NCBI GenBank assembly: GCA_951406725.2
Contig: OX597838.1
Coordinates: forward strand, 558,001-622,000
Source of the DNA: Octopus vulgaris
Lineage: Eukaryota
Direction of reading: 5' to 3'
DNA length: 64,000 bases
The notes below the pieces were generated by a model. It was not told where the DNA came from, searched no databases, and was given only the letters and a program-made list of their open reading frames with translations. This document shows positions 14,567-29,947 of this stretch, piece after piece. The first letter of the stretch is position 1; every line of letters begins with the position of its first letter. A program made the position numbers and the translations under genes.

Positions 14567-15602
14567 GGTCCGCAAAGAACGAGAGAAATAAATGGTAAAC
14601 ACGACAAGTAACATAAAAAAAACGACCCTTCATCAGTTGTCGGCTGTCCTTTTTCTCCTTATTTTGACCAATGAACGAGAATATAAGACTTTGAAGGCGG
14701 TTGCTCCCGCGAACCAAAATATAATTTGGAATTTGCGGAGGGTCAAAGTTGGTAACAAAAACAGAACATACAACAAACCAACCGAAAAGAAGACAAAGAG
14801 AGAGGGCCGTTTGGCCAGGACGAGGTAAGGTAGCGAACGCAGGAAGAAGAGTCTTTGATAAGAGAACAGATAGGAGAGGAGAGAGATAAGAATGCGTCTG
14901 GACTGAAGAAAAAGAAAGATGATCACGTGAGGAAGGGAAAAGGCCTTCCCTGTATGTATATATGGTTGGAGAGGGGACATTTGTATATATATATATATAT
15001 ATATATATATACGTATGTCCCCTCCGCAACCATTTTCACTCAGTCTGCACCACTAGTCCCCGCTCCCGTCCTCCCCATCATCACACTGCAATCAGTTCAT
15101 TCGCAAGTCACATCTCTGTTCATCGGCCAAGTTGTGGCACACCATCATCATCATCATAAACAACTCTGCTGCAAACACCCACGCTATTTGAAACACGACA
15201 ACCAGAACACAGAATGGTCCTTATTCCTCCCACCCTCACCCTACACACGTCCACATAGTCAGCCTGCTGTCTGTCTGTCTGTCTGTCTGTCTCACCCCAT
15301 TCCACTCATCTGAAACTCAACCATCCATTCATGAAAGACTGCCATTCACAAACCAGCACCAACACCGCCACCACTACACAGCTACCACCACCACCACCAC
15401 CACCACTATCATCATCATCACGAGCAACACACAATCCTTGTTTTGTATTGACGACGACGACCAGAAATTCTTATCACTGGGTCCATTGGACGTACGCCAC
15501 ACACACGCACACACACGCACACACACGCACACACACACGCACACACGCACACGCACACACACACGCACATACACGCACACACACATATATATATGTGTAT
15601 AC

Positions 15603-15982
15603 TCTCTTACTTGTTTCAGTCATTTGACTGCGGCTATGTTGGAGCACAGCTTTTAGTCGGAAAAATCGACCCCAGGACTTAATCTTTGTAAGCCCAGTAC
15701 TTATTCTATCGGTTTCTTTTGCCGAACCACTAAGTTACGGGGACGTAAATACACCAACATCGATTGTCAAGCGATGGCAGGAGAACTAACACAGACACGC
15801 ATAAATATATGCATATATATAAACATATATGCGACGGGCTTCTTTCAGTTTCACAAATCCACTCACAAGGCATTAGTCGGCCCGAATCTATAGTAGAATA
15901 CATTTGCCCAACGTGCCACGCAGTGGGACTGAACTCGGAACCATGTGGTTGGGAAGCAAGCTACTTACCCCACAGCCACGCC
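15603..15982 (-). mobile_element. SINE family A, near full length
   Basis: Tail, body and tRNA-like head (...gggactgaactcggaaccatgtggttgggaagcaagctacttaccccacagccacgcc) are all present. Confidence 0.9.
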
Positions 15983-16433
15983 TATATATGTATGTGTGTG
16001 TGTGTGTGTGTGGTTGATACCGTTTGCCGTGCCTTCTCGTAATTTGGCTCCAATAATCGGACGACCATGTTGTTCTGTAATGGTGATTGCAAATCTTTTA
16101 ATTTCCTTTCTCCGAATCAAACATGGCTGCCTGACTGACTGATTGATTAATTGAATTGATTGATTGATTAAGATATGGTTAAAGTTTGAACTAACGACAA
16201 ACAGCATCAGACGGATGGATGGGTGCATGGGTACAGACATGTATGTATGTGTGTGTGTGTGTGTGTGTGTGTGCCTATGTACTTATATCTGTGTGTGTGC
16301 TTGTATACATGTATTCTTTTATTTTATTCTTTTACTTGTTTCAGTCATTTGACTGCGGCCATGTTGGAGGATCGCCTTCATTTCATACATCTCTATATAT
16401 GTGTGTGAATATGTATGTACATGCACGCACACA

Positions 16434-16470
<37 letters not shown>

Positions 16471-16480
16471 ACACACACAC

Positions 16481-16521
<41 letters not shown>

Positions 16522-16555
16522 AGTAACGATCTTGCTATACGTATACATATATATG

Positions 16556-16653
<98 letters not shown>

Positions 16654-17301
16654 CAGTCACACACACACTGCAACAAGTATTGATGAAGGAACGCGTATCA
16701 GAAAAATGGTCGGAATGGTGCACCTGAACGACGATCATTCTGCCTTCACAGTGCAGTAGGATATATGCACCTGCAATTGCACGCTCGTCCCAAGCTGCAG
16801 AATTCCTCTGCAACTGGTGTGTGCCGTGGTGCAGAATAGCAGTAATGAAACAACAGGAAGTTATATTCGATCCGTTGAACTGGTGGCGGCGGCGGCGGTG
16901 GAAGGGGGGGGGGGAAGGCAACGAGAGGAAATTAAAGGAATTGAAGTTAATGTTGATTAAGTGTAATCGACCTTTTCTAGATAATCGATCTAGACGAGCA
17001 CTTCTGTGAACCCATTGATGGTGACGGCGGAGATGGTGATTATAGTTATAGTGATGATGGAGATGGTGTTGAGGGGGTGTACAGCTGGTGGCGGCGGCGG
17101 CGGTGGTGGTGGTGATGCTGATGACTAGTGATGTTGACAGACCGAAGGGGTTTCTTCACATGCCAAAATGTGAAATGCTGTATGAAGGTAAATATAACAG
17201 CGATCCCTAGTATATTACTGGGCTCATTATTGAGACACAGTCGCAGACACACACACACACACGCACACACATTCACTCGCACACCCGTATATATATATAT
17301 A

Positions 17302-17512
17302 TGAAGGGTTGTTGCAAAGTTCCTGGCTTTAAGGGTATTTGCGAAAAGCCTGGCAGGAGACCGAACCTTCTGAGTTCTTTTGCTGGGTTTAAAAGAACTG
17401 AAAGACAATCAGTGTGTGAATCTGAGAGGGGAACGTATTGAGTAAAATCATAATTAACTGATCCTCCTGTATTTTCTTTTAACCAAAGCCAGGAACTTTT
17501 CAATCCACCCTC

Positions 17513-17513
<1 letters not shown>
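17302..17513. mobile_element. Tc1/mariner-type MITE
   Basis: 29-bp imperfect TIRs (tgaagggttgttgcaaagttcctggcttt and aaagccaggaacttttcaatccaccctcg), TA on both sides, inserted in (TA)n. TA|CGAGGG...AAAAGT is a mariner-like end. Confidence 0.75.
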
Positions 17514-17551
<38 letters not shown>

Positions 17552-18002
17552 TGATATAAACTTCCTGCCACAGCTTCATTAGTTAATTAAACTGATGAGT
17601 AATCAAAATAATTGACAAATTTCGCCAAATATTTCAGAAAGAGACTTTTAGCAGTCGAAATATTTAGTTGCGGCCAAAAGTGAAGAAATTGATGTCTTTC
17701 GTTACGAGTTCTTTGATTGGGTTGGCATATAAGGACCACTTGATCACTCTATCGAAGGACAAATTCTTTCACTCGTCATCCCATTTTCTTACCATCCGAT
17801 ACAAACCCTCATTTCTTTAAACCCAACTTCTCTTCTGTGGAGGGCGAACCCAGGGTCTGCATGTTACGGCGTCTTAATTCTTTTACGTACACTTCGCACC
17901 AACTTTACACTCATATTCGGGATGCTTTAGAGATATGGAAGCATACACGTACACACACACGTACAAACACACACACACACACACACACACAAATATATAT
18001 AT

Positions 18003-18081
18003 ATATTGTTGTATTTAGGAATGGTCATTTTGCCAGTTTAGCTAAACTGGCAAAAATGACCATTCCTAAATACAACAATAT
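18003..18081. repeat. Spacerless ~79-bp palindrome with a one-base bulge
   Basis: atattgttgtatttaggaatggtcattttgccagtttag|ctaaactggcaaaaatgaccattcctaaatacaacaatat. Confidence 0.95.
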
Positions 18082-18137
18082 CTGTTTCAACACGATTTCA
18101 CATCAAAAATCTTGCAAGACAAATACATAAACGTAAT

Positions 18138-18172
<35 letters not shown>

Positions 18173-18208
18173 AATATATATATATATATATATTTGATTA
18201 TATGTATG

Positions 18209-18255
<47 letters not shown>

Positions 18256-19308
18256 CACACTGACATACTTTTAATTATACATGCTGGGGAGCATCTGTAT
18301 GTGTGTGTGTGCTTGTGTGTTTGTGTTTGTGTGTGTGTGTGCACGCTCGTGCAGGTGCGTGTGTGTATGTAAAAGTAATAGATATACTAGAATGCATGCA
18401 TACACATTCACATAGCCATGAATAAACACAGAGAGTCAATCGTATTCACACACATACAATAACATGCGTATATACTCCTAACGAACTTAATCTCTATATC
18501 ACACACACACAAACACACAAACACACACACACACACACACACACAACACGTTGGAACAGTAGTGAAGCAGGTAGGTTTATTTTACAGGAAGCTGGTTCTT
18601 AAAAACTTGTCTTGTAAGACAAGAATGCCGGAACCGTAGAACAGTTAAACGATGACAAACGGGAGTTAACTTGTCGCACCCTTGTCTCCCTCCCCTACCA
18701 CAATCAGCGTGTCTCTTCAACAACAACACTAGCGCCACCTGCTCTCATTATTCTACGACACATTCTTAATTACCCACTTATATCCCGCCTTTTCATAATC
18801 CTAGATATTGGCACTGTTATTAACGACCGGTAACCCGAGCTGTGAACATTCTCAAATTGCCAGAGTCACACATGCTGCTCTAACCTGCTGCACATGGTTC
18901 CAATCAAACATTTGGCAGCAGAAAAAATTGCTATCAAAATGGTTGCCGAGTTTTCATTTAAATTCCTTTTATTTTCGTTATTTATTTGGCTTTTTTTATA
19001 AAAAAAAAAAAAAGAATCCTTAAGATTTATCAACAGAATCAAGTTCTACCATTTTTTAAAGCATCTTCTATGACTATTTTTTTTGTTTATTTTCCTTTTT
19101 TTTTTTGGACTTTAGCTCCAGTGAAAACCGGAAGTTCTTGGAATTGTTTCGGAAGAAGATTTCAGAAATACCAAAATAAGAATCTCTTGGCACGCTTCCC
19201 GCTTTCACTGTTTATCGTCTTTGATAACTCAAGTTGATTACACACTCACACAACAAAACCTACCGGTGTGTGTGTGTGTGTGTGTGTACATACATACATG
19301 CATATATA

Positions 19309-19405
<97 letters not shown>

Positions 19406-19531
19406 ATGTATGTATCTTAAGCCAATAAACATCTTCGGTTATGATTAATATTTTATATTCTACCATATCCTAACTTGGTATAGAGTTCTTTTACTTAATT
19501 ATAAGTTATTGTTGCAAAGAACACTCATGCC

Positions 19532-19601
<70 letters not shown>

Positions 19602-19801
19602 TTATTGAAGGCTGTACACATTGTGATTATATATATCATTGGAAATACAATTTGCACCGGTATTTAGAACGTTTAATAAACAGCCTATGAGATATATATA
19701 CGACGATGAGATATATATATGAGATATATATACGACGATGGACTAACTGGCCGAAACTTCAAAGTCACTGTCAATATTATTTTCGTTTAAGAACGAGAAT
19801 A

Positions 19802-19869
<68 letters not shown>

Positions 19870-19914
19870 GTATGTATGTATGTATGTATGTATGTATGTA
19901 TGTATGTATGTATG

Positions 19915-19966
<52 letters not shown>

Positions 19967-21167
19967 CATATGTATGTATTACTGTCAATAATATTCTTGT
20001 TTAAGAACTATATATGTATGTATACACACACACACACACACATATATATAGAGAGAGAGAGGGAGAGAGGGGGTATGTCTGTCTCACTGTCAATAATATT
20101 CCTTTAAATGGCAGTGCACCAGCGTGGCCACAGCTTGGTACATATATATGAGTGTGAGTGTGTGTGTGTATTAGGTTGCAGTTGTCATTTTCAAACGCAT
20201 TTTGCAATTTGTTTGGAACTAAACTTTCTAAATGCATTTTACTAACGTTTTAGACTACCTCGGTCTCATTATCAGGATACGAATACGTGTTGGCTTCTAT
20301 ATTGCTTCTTCAACAGCGACGCCACCGTTATTTATGCAGAGTTTACCACTCTCAGGGCTTCACGTTCGACATGTCTCGTGACCTATTACTTTGGTAACCA
20401 GGCATTCAGTTCAAGCAGGTTACCACTTTACATAACCGGCGTCTCTTTGCAATATATAAGGGTGGTGGGCATATATTACACCCCATCTCTTTGAGATGCA
20501 AAGTCAACCCTCGTGCGACCTGCAGGTCCGGGAAGAACAGAGAGGGGCCTAACTAAAGTAATAGTAGTAGTAGTAGTAGTGGTGGTGGTTGATACTTTTG
20601 AATGTTGAACATTTGTGCTTAGTGAGAAAGAAATTAGTTTTTTTAAAAGTGACAAGCAGCCACCCACTTGGATATAACCGATACTGTTGCATTCCTTCTA
20701 GCACCAGGCACCCAACTCCACCACTATCTCCAATCCAGCAGTGATGGCCACACCTATACATTCCACTCGATGAGAAGGAAGGTATACCTAGGAGCCACCA
20801 CACTCACCTCAACATACTGAGGGTATAATTACCGAAGGATCTACCCGTTTTGAGAGTCGAGTTTCCTCACATTGTCACGGGTGGATTGGTAGGTAGAAGG
20901 AAGTGGGAAGATATGACGAAAGAGAAAAGGGAACATTGATATAATACACCCACCTCCCTGCTTACCTACGTACCCACCTACATACTCCCTTTCCTACCTA
21001 CCCATCTACCCACCCACCTACTTGTCTATATCTGAGTGTCTGTATAAATAACTGCTTATTTATATATTGGTTTACGGGGTAGCTTTGTGAATGTACGTGT
21101 ATATATACGGAGTGTGCGTGTGTGTGTATGGTTGTGTATATGTGTGTGTGTGTTTAAAGAGAGAAAG

Positions 21168-21213
<46 letters not shown>

Positions 21214-21736
21214 AAGTAGGTAAGAAGTGGGGGCATATAGAGAAATATAATAATCTAGCGTGTAACGGGTAGGTAGGGACTAAGAAAGCGGGTAGAATAG
21301 GAGAGGGGAAAGTGAGTGGACAAGGCGAGATTTTCGAGTGGTGTGTAATGAGGCTTTCTATAGGATCGGGTGCCACGTCAGCCAGCCGGGTGGCTGTGCA
21401 TCAACACCAGGGTGCATCACGAATCAGAGCTGCTGCACCCTGGTGGAAATAATACGAAATGTTGGTATAGGATCCCATTCTCTCTCTTTAGACTACCTGG
21501 CATTGACTCTGAGTAACGGCTGCTTCTTTACCGCCGCCGCCGCCGTCCCTCCCCCCCACCACCACTTCGAGTACAATTAAAATTTTTTCATTCATTAACA
21601 CAGGAAGGTGTGTTATAAGCGCGCGCGCACACACACACTCACACACAACACAAACAGAAACATGCGTACACACACACACACAACCGTAGTGTTCCACTTT
21701 GTTTTTGGTTACAGCCATAACATATAGACGTGCGTG

Positions 21737-21781
<45 letters not shown>

Positions 21782-22602
21782 GTGTGTGTGTGTGTGTGCG
21801 TGTGTATCTCCATCAGCAGCGCCGCCGCCGCCGCCACCATGTCAGCGTTGATCAGCGCCCAGATGTTAGCTATAGCTGACGTCACGTAATAACAATTCCC
21901 AAAAAGCGAACAGAGGGAATAAAAAGTATTTGTGTTACCACAGATGATAACGAGGAGGGGGGGTAGATATCGTGGTGGTGGTAGTGGTGGATGTTGGGGA
22001 TAATTGGTAGTGGTGCAATGGGGACGGAGAGCTCACACAGGCACAGGGCACACACACACACACACACACATACATATGTGTGTGTGTGTGTGCGTATATA
22101 GATATATAAATATATTTATATAATAATAGACACGCATGCATTATATGTGTGTGTATACATACATATATATATATATGTATATGTATATGCACACACACAA
22201 GATATGAATGTATATACACACATATAAGCATACTTGTGTATGTATATATATATACACACACATATATATTACAGACACAAATGCAGACATATATAAACAC
22301 TATATATGCGTGTGTGTGTGTGTGTACTCTTTTACTAGTTTCAGCTTGATGGTCGTGGCCATGCTGCACCTTCATTAATCCTGTTTTAGTAGTTGGCTTT
22401 TGGTGAATGAATGAGTTTGATGCTGCCGTATAGCATATTTAATGACTTACCGAATGAACAGCAAAGTGTGTTGAGTGCTGAAATCGTAATGATTTCAGCT
22501 TAACTCGGCTGATGAAGGATATTTCCACTTCTGTCCGCTATGCATTCGTTATTGCTGTTTACTTTGTTCTTTGTTGTTGTCATACTATGTATGCGTGTCT
22601 GT

Positions 22603-22679
<77 letters not shown>

Positions 22680-22961
22680 TCGACCTCAAATCATACCTTA
22701 GATTGAGTATACATTAAATAATAGATCTTGATAGATTTACGAATGGTCGCAGGTGTAAAGGCTTACCTGGAATTAAAGAACAACAACAAATGCAGATGTC
22801 GGACATGCAGGTGAGTTTTATCAGACGGAATGTGTGTATATATATGTCCCTGTACGTATATATATATATGTCTAAATGCGTCTGTGTGTGTGTGTATGTG
22901 TATCTATTTGTATATGTGTGTACACATATATGTATGTACTATCTGAGTGTATGTATGTATG

Positions 22962-22996
<35 letters not shown>

Positions 22997-23387
22997 ATAT
23001 ATCAGTCAGTTTGTCTCTCTGTATGCATGTGTGTATGTGAAAGTTGTCAGCAAAAGGATCCAGGAAGTTTGACCAGGATCACGTGACTGGAACGATTCTG
23101 TCTTAAAACGAAGACGCCAAAAGAGTGCCACATTGTAACTCCATATATTTGTGACGTAATACATTATTCCTCGGCTGCAAATGTAATTAGTGTGACCGTG
23201 TGTGCGTGTGCGTGCGTGCGTGTGTGTGTGTGTATGACTGATCTGCGTATACTTTGTAAGTATGAAATGTGTATATATTGTTATATTGTGTATTTGTATA
23301 CTAAGGGCGCTAGCAGATACACATACACACACAAATATATATATATATATATACATATCTATCTATCTATCTATCTATCTATGTATA

Positions 23388-23467
<80 letters not shown>

Positions 23468-23755
23468 GGGGTGGGTGAAACTGCTGCTCTGCCAGAGACT
23501 GAGGTGGATGTAAATCTAAATTCTTGAATGTAAATAGATGAACGTCTGCATGGTTGTGGTGTTTGTGCTTGTATATCCGTGTGTGTGTGTGTGTGTGTGT
23601 GTATGCACGCGTATGTACAAACGCATGCATATATGCATACGTATATAAACGCATACGTTAATATACATACATATATATATATATATATATGTATACGTAT
23701 GTATATGTATATGTATATATATACATTATATATATATATATATGTATATATATAC

Positions 23756-23799
<44 letters not shown>

Positions 23800-23814
23800 T
23801 GTATATATATACAT

Positions 23815-23889
<75 letters not shown>

Positions 23890-24651
23890 GTATATACACC
23901 CTACCTGCCGCAACATATGTTCCAAATAATCAAGAGAAAAGTCGGTCAGAGGATGTTGTTGTTGTTGTTGTTTTTAAAATGAATGTGAGAGTTCATTGTT
24001 AGAAGGAGCCATCTCCTGATAGCATCTCGTTCTACCCGTATTACACCCTTATTACATTAGCAGCTGGCTTCATCTCATATCACGTACCCTTATTATTGTA
24101 GCTACTGGGTCAGTGGGCAGGTTTCCTGATTGCGTGTGTGTGTGTGTGTGGGGGAGGTCATAGATCAGGGTTCCAAGGTAGACGTAGATCATGTCTGGGA
24201 TACGATCGACCAAAGCGGATCAGGAACAGCTCTAGTTTACTGCTTTACCCAGTCGACTTGGCTGTAAATAGGTACCATGTAGAGGAGGAATCTAGTCGGT
24301 GTGGAGGTCATGCTATGTTTATGAAATGTTGGTGGTGGTGGTGGTGGTAGTGGTGGTGAGGGTGGAGATGGTGAGTGATAGTTGTTGTGTAGCCCTAAAT
24401 CAATCATGATCCACAAGTAGTACAATGAAAGGCGTTCCGGCCACACACGTCCCGTATTGTTGAAGGTGTGTAAGACTGCATGCATTAACTAATGGATTCT
24501 TAACATGTTTATGACGGTAAGGCGTGATTTGGCTGCTATTTCTAGTATATCAAGCGGTGAGACCACATAGAACCTGTCCCTACGTGTAGGTGGTCAAAGG
24601 GGAGGGGCAGACGGTGGTGATAGTGACAACGACTACGACGACGACGACGAC

Positions 24652-24695
<44 letters not shown>

Positions 24696-24887
24696 CGTAG
24701 TTACTAAACAACATGAACTTCTTGAAAGATGATGCTATCAGAATTTTATAAACAGGATTTGCTACTTCCGTCTGAAGAAATATGGCAGAACGGACTGATT
24801 TGTTGGCAACGCTGTTTCACCAGTGAGTGTATATATGTGAGTGTATATATGCGAGTAGATGTGTGTGTTTGTGTGTGTGTGTGTGAT

Positions 24888-24937
<50 letters not shown>

Positions 24938-25364
24938 GAGAGAGAGCAAATATGTGTTTACGATTCAAACTTCCTTTTTCTCGATTCCTAAAGCAGATAA
25001 ACCACCTGGACTGAGACAGAAAATCAGCGGAAATGAATGCGGATCATTACATCACTAAGTTAGACTTTAATCCCCAACGCCAACGTTTTAATTTCGTCAT
25101 CGAGCCTCTAAAGGTCCGAGGAAAAGCGAGGAAAAGGGCCCCGTTCGCTCCTTCATCACTGGTCTAATATGTGACAACACATCATTAACCACGCAAATCT
25201 CTCTCTCTCTCTCTCTCTCTCATCCATCCGCGCGCGCACACATTGTATAATGCCTTCTTCAGAAGTTTATGCTTACATAGAAAGATACACACATATACAT
25301 ACATACAATCACACATACAGACAAATATCGATTGATTTGCATCTCTCTCTCTCTCTCTCTCTCT

Positions 25365-25398
<34 letters not shown>

Positions 25399-25407
25399 TG
25401 TAGAACC

Positions 25408-25612
25408 ACTAAACCCTACACATTTTTCTCCCTCTCTCTTTTTTTCGTTCTCTCTCCATTTTTCCCCTCTCAACTGTTTCTGTCGAAGAGCATAGGCTCG
25501 AAACGTCAAAGACTGTTCCTTTCCATTCTTCCCGAGCGTCACACTAATACGTTTGCTCCTTGTTCCTTCACCTGTCTTCGTCTTTTGTTTTCTATAAACT
25601 TGAACCGTTTAT
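25408..25612 (+). mobile_element. Dispersed repeat carrying a hammerhead-like motif (probable PLE terminal fragment); second copy at ~58700-58870 on the minus strand
   Basis: Shares CTGTCGAAGAGC(A/G)TAGGCTCGAAACGT(C/A)AAAGAC...gagcgt...aatac...gtcttcgtcttttgtttt with the reverse complement of 58700-58870. A tail fragment is also at ~37000-37075. Confidence 0.55.
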
Positions 25613-26159
25613 ATTTATATATAAATTGATAGGGTAAATAAAATAATTACCAGTCAAAATGTTGGGGAATCGATATTCTCATCTTCCTCCTCCCCATTTG
25701 CAATAACCAGTCTATCTATTAGAGAGGATCTCTTCCTGTATGAGAAATACTGCTATTTTTGTTGTCCCAAAAGGGCTGTATTGGTTCAACGAGGCCAAAG
25801 ACAGGCTTTTGTTGATATAAGGTGACATTCAGTTCGTGAAAACATTGGTTATGGCTTTTTAGTTATCCACTATGGTGGACTTCTCTGCCATTCGTATGTC
25901 TGTTTGTTAGAGTGTTTAAGGTCCAGGTTTCGGCCGTTCCATGTCTCCGCCATTTCCTTGTTCGAATCTCCCTCCTGCAATTTTTATTAATGATTAGACA
26001 CAACACCGCAACGGGCCTTTTTATAAATGGAGGGACAGTGGTTAAGCACTGCCCCCTTATATCCCTCGCAGATCTTCATGTCATTCATAGATCCTACGAC
26101 ATGTTCTTATTGTTTGTATACCTCGAGCATTGGCATTGCGCTATTTGTTCCAGCTCTTT

Positions 26160-26430
26160 ACGTTCTGAGTTCAAATTCCGGCGATGTCGACTTTGCCCTT
26201 CATCCTTTCGGGTTGTTAAATAGGTACCAGTTAAATACTGGGGTCAATGCAATCGACTTAGCTTCTTCCCAAAGCCTGAGGGCTTTGTGCCAAAAGTTGA
26301 AACCATTATTTGTAGTGGCTTCATGTTCTGAGTTCAAATTCCGCCGAGGTCGACATTGCCGTTCATCCTTCCGGGGTCGATAAATTAAGTAGAATTAAGT
26401 AGCAGTTACAAACTGGGGTCGATGTAATCA
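26160..26430 (+). mobile_element. SINE family B, two tandem partial copies
   Basis: ttctgagttcaaattccg..g..gtcgac.ttgcc.ttcatcctt.cggg occurs twice (~26163 and ~26326). Confidence 0.8.
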
Positions 26431-26465
26431 GCCCCCTCACTCAAAATATCAGGCCTTGTGAAAGG

Positions 26466-26512
<47 letters not shown>

Positions 26513-26767
26513 GCCATAAAGAAACTGAAGAATTCGCAATGATAACATAATTCTACTGAAAGGAGAAAGAATGTCTTGGAGATAGTACCGTAGGGGAGGG
26601 GAGGTGGGGGGGGGCGAGCTGATGAGGGATTCAGAAAGAAGTAGGTATATGCAGAAAACGCATACACAGATACATATATCTGTGTGTGTGTGTGTGTGTC
26701 TATTCATACGCATATGCATTTTTTATGTGTATACATATATAAACACACACACATACACATATATACA

Positions 26768-26823
<56 letters not shown>

Positions 26824-27349
26824 AGTGTTTGAAGAAAAAGAAATGAAAGTGAGGTACAGGGTAGAGAGAGGGGGGCGGTGGGGGAGTAAGCTGCAGGCTG
26901 ATGACGGCTGCTGTACATGTTCAGTAGTTGATGCTGACGGAAAAGCCATGCAACTCCATTTTCTCGTCTACCCCTTTTTTTTCTCGTCTTCTTCAACCCT
27001 AGATTAGCATTTCTCCCTTAAAAAAATACAAAAACAACCCCATACACACATTTACATTTATACAGAGATAGAGATATATGTAAGGGTGTGTACGTAAGCT
27101 TTCCCCGTCTCCTTCATCTTCACCTTCCTCTTCTGCATCCCCCCCCCCATCATCATTATAATCACTGTAGCAATGTTTTCTACCTTAGTCACCGTCTTTA
27201 CCGATGTCGATGGAGTTTCCAGCTTCCTCTCTGTCGTCTGGCCATGTTTGGGTCGATTACAATATTACAGAAACACTCACCGCCAAATTCATTTTATCAT
27301 CATCATCATCATCATCATCAATATAATACACGCTCACATATATAGATAC

Positions 27350-27402
<53 letters not shown>

Positions 27403-29904
27403 CATATATACACACATATATATATACACATTACATATACTATACACTATGTATGTATGCATGTATGTATGTATGCATGTATGTATGTATGCATGTATGT
27501 ATGTATGCATGTATGTATGTATGTATGCATGCATGTATGTATGTATGTACGTATGTATGTATGTATATATGCATGCATGTATGTATGTATGTTTGTATGC
27601 ATGCATGCATGCATGCATGTATGTATGTATGTATGTATGTATGTATGTATGTATGTATGTATGTATGTATGTATGTATTTAAAACTAGCTGTCAGGTGAA
27701 AACCAATTTTAGAATACATTTGTCTTTGCTTTATCGTATTAAGTTCCCCCCCACCCAGTAAATGTTCTACTGTTATTAAAATTGTGAAACAATCCTAGTT
27801 AATACACACATACATAAATATATACTTACACACACACAAACACACACACACACATTACGTATAATGACTTTGAAGTTTCACTGCCGATGGCTTAACGTGA
27901 AGTGAAGGCTAGCGATATGACTTGAACCTTTACCATGATGGGTCGAGTGGAAATGGTGAAAATGAGAGACAACTATGTCCGTTTGTATGAGGAACTGTGG
28001 TGATGGTGATCGTGGCTGAAGGGACGCGGTATTGGTGTTTGTTTCTCTATCAAAGGGGTAACTTTGCCTTTCAGTGAGATAGCAGTAAATCAATGTATAG
28101 CAGCTGGTTCGTGTCACGTGTGTTGGTTTTGTACTAGACCATGGGCCGCAGTTGCATCTTATAGAGGTTGAGTCACTATGAAAGGCAATCAGAGTCAAGA
28201 GATGAAGCATAAATAAAATGAATTCAACCGACAATTGAAACCGTATCGACAATACTGGTCATCTGTGATTTAATATCTGACAACTTCAGCTCAGCTGTCA
28301 CGACATGATCTCTCATCAGATTACATCAGATCCTCTTTCCTAGCTAATCCCAACATTCACCTCTGATTTCGATACGTTCCTCGTCTTTCTATCCTTGCCC
28401 AACCCTCGAGGACCTTAAAAATCTTGCCGCCTTTCTACCACCCAAAAAACCTAACAAGAGAGACAAAATATAATGTCTCCTTTGATGCATAAATATTTAA
28501 TTAAGATTATCTTAAAGCCGAGAGTATGGATCGATCTAGGGTCTCGAGTTTCACATCAACTTATATCGCCAGGCAATTTAAATCTATCAGTTAACACCGT
28601 CCCCCTCCCCTACACACACTGACACATCAGAGAACATATATGGGGAGGGGACGGGGGAGTGAAGAAAACGACAGAGAGATGAGTGAAAGATAAGATAAAG
28701 AACGTGTGTGTATATATATATATATACACACATATATATTCATACATATGTAATATATGTGTGTATATGTAATAGACACATATGCAGGTGTGTGTGTGTA
28801 TGTATTTGATTGTATGTGTGTGTATTAATATTTGTTTTGTGTAAAAACAGTGAAACGATAACATAGTCATTGATCTGACGAAAACTACAAAGCCGAAACT
28901 TCGAAGTCACTGTCGACCGCTTCCTTTTCAAAACAAATGTGTGTATGTATGTATGTACATATATGCGTGTGTGTGTATGTGTGCATATGTGTATGTAGGT
29001 AGGTATGTATGCGTCTATATATGTAGTGTGTGTGCGAATGTGAATGTCAAATATTGTTGTGAGAGGCTGAGATTGGCAAAGTTGGAGGAAAGGTGTTGAA
29101 GAGGAGGAGACAGAGGTAGAATTAGAGAAGTGGTGGCAGAACTGATGACAATGTTATTGTTGTTGTACGAGTTGATGATGATAATGGCGGGTTTGTTGTT
29201 AGTGCAGGTGGCGGTGGTGGTGATGGTGGCAGCGTTGATGATGTTTTCGATGTGGGAGATGTTGATGAAGATAGAAGCGGTGGTTGTGGTGGTGGCGGTG
29301 GTAGTTGCAGTGATGATGGCTAAACAAAGTAGTTTTGTTGATAAAAATAAAACGGTGAGGAAAGGTTTGAGGTGGTGTTGGGGGGGGGGGTAGGGTATGA
29401 GGAAACCGCTGGTGTTTTTAGTGGTGGGGTGGTGGTGGTGTTGGGGGGATGTCCGGAATTCGCGTGCAACGTCAGAGAGCAACGGCAGAGTATGGTAATA
29501 TCCCAGACTGGCTGGCGACTGGCTTGAACTCGGCTGTTAGGGAAGTATTGAATTTAAATTATCGATGTTGGCAGTGAGATGGCTTATGGGGAGCAGGGGT
29601 GGTTAGGAGCGAGGTGACAGTGGCAGTAACACTAGGGTGGGGGGTACAAGTAAGGGACAGAGATAGACAGGTAGATAGATAGGAAGGTAGGACATACCTA
29701 ACAGAGACCCACCTACGTATTCATATCTGTACATTTTCACATACATACATATATATATATATCAATACACACACATATACACACTCACATTTCATTTGTG
29801 TGCGTGCGTATATATTTATATATATATATATACACATATATACATACATATATGCATTTATGTATATGTATGTCTGTGTATGTATATAATTGTGTGTCTA
29901 TATA

Positions 29905-29947
<43 letters not shown>

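Noticed and set aside
21877-21884. Perfect CRE site TGACGTCA
   Set aside because: A single 8-mer is expected by chance in 64 kb, and there is no other support.
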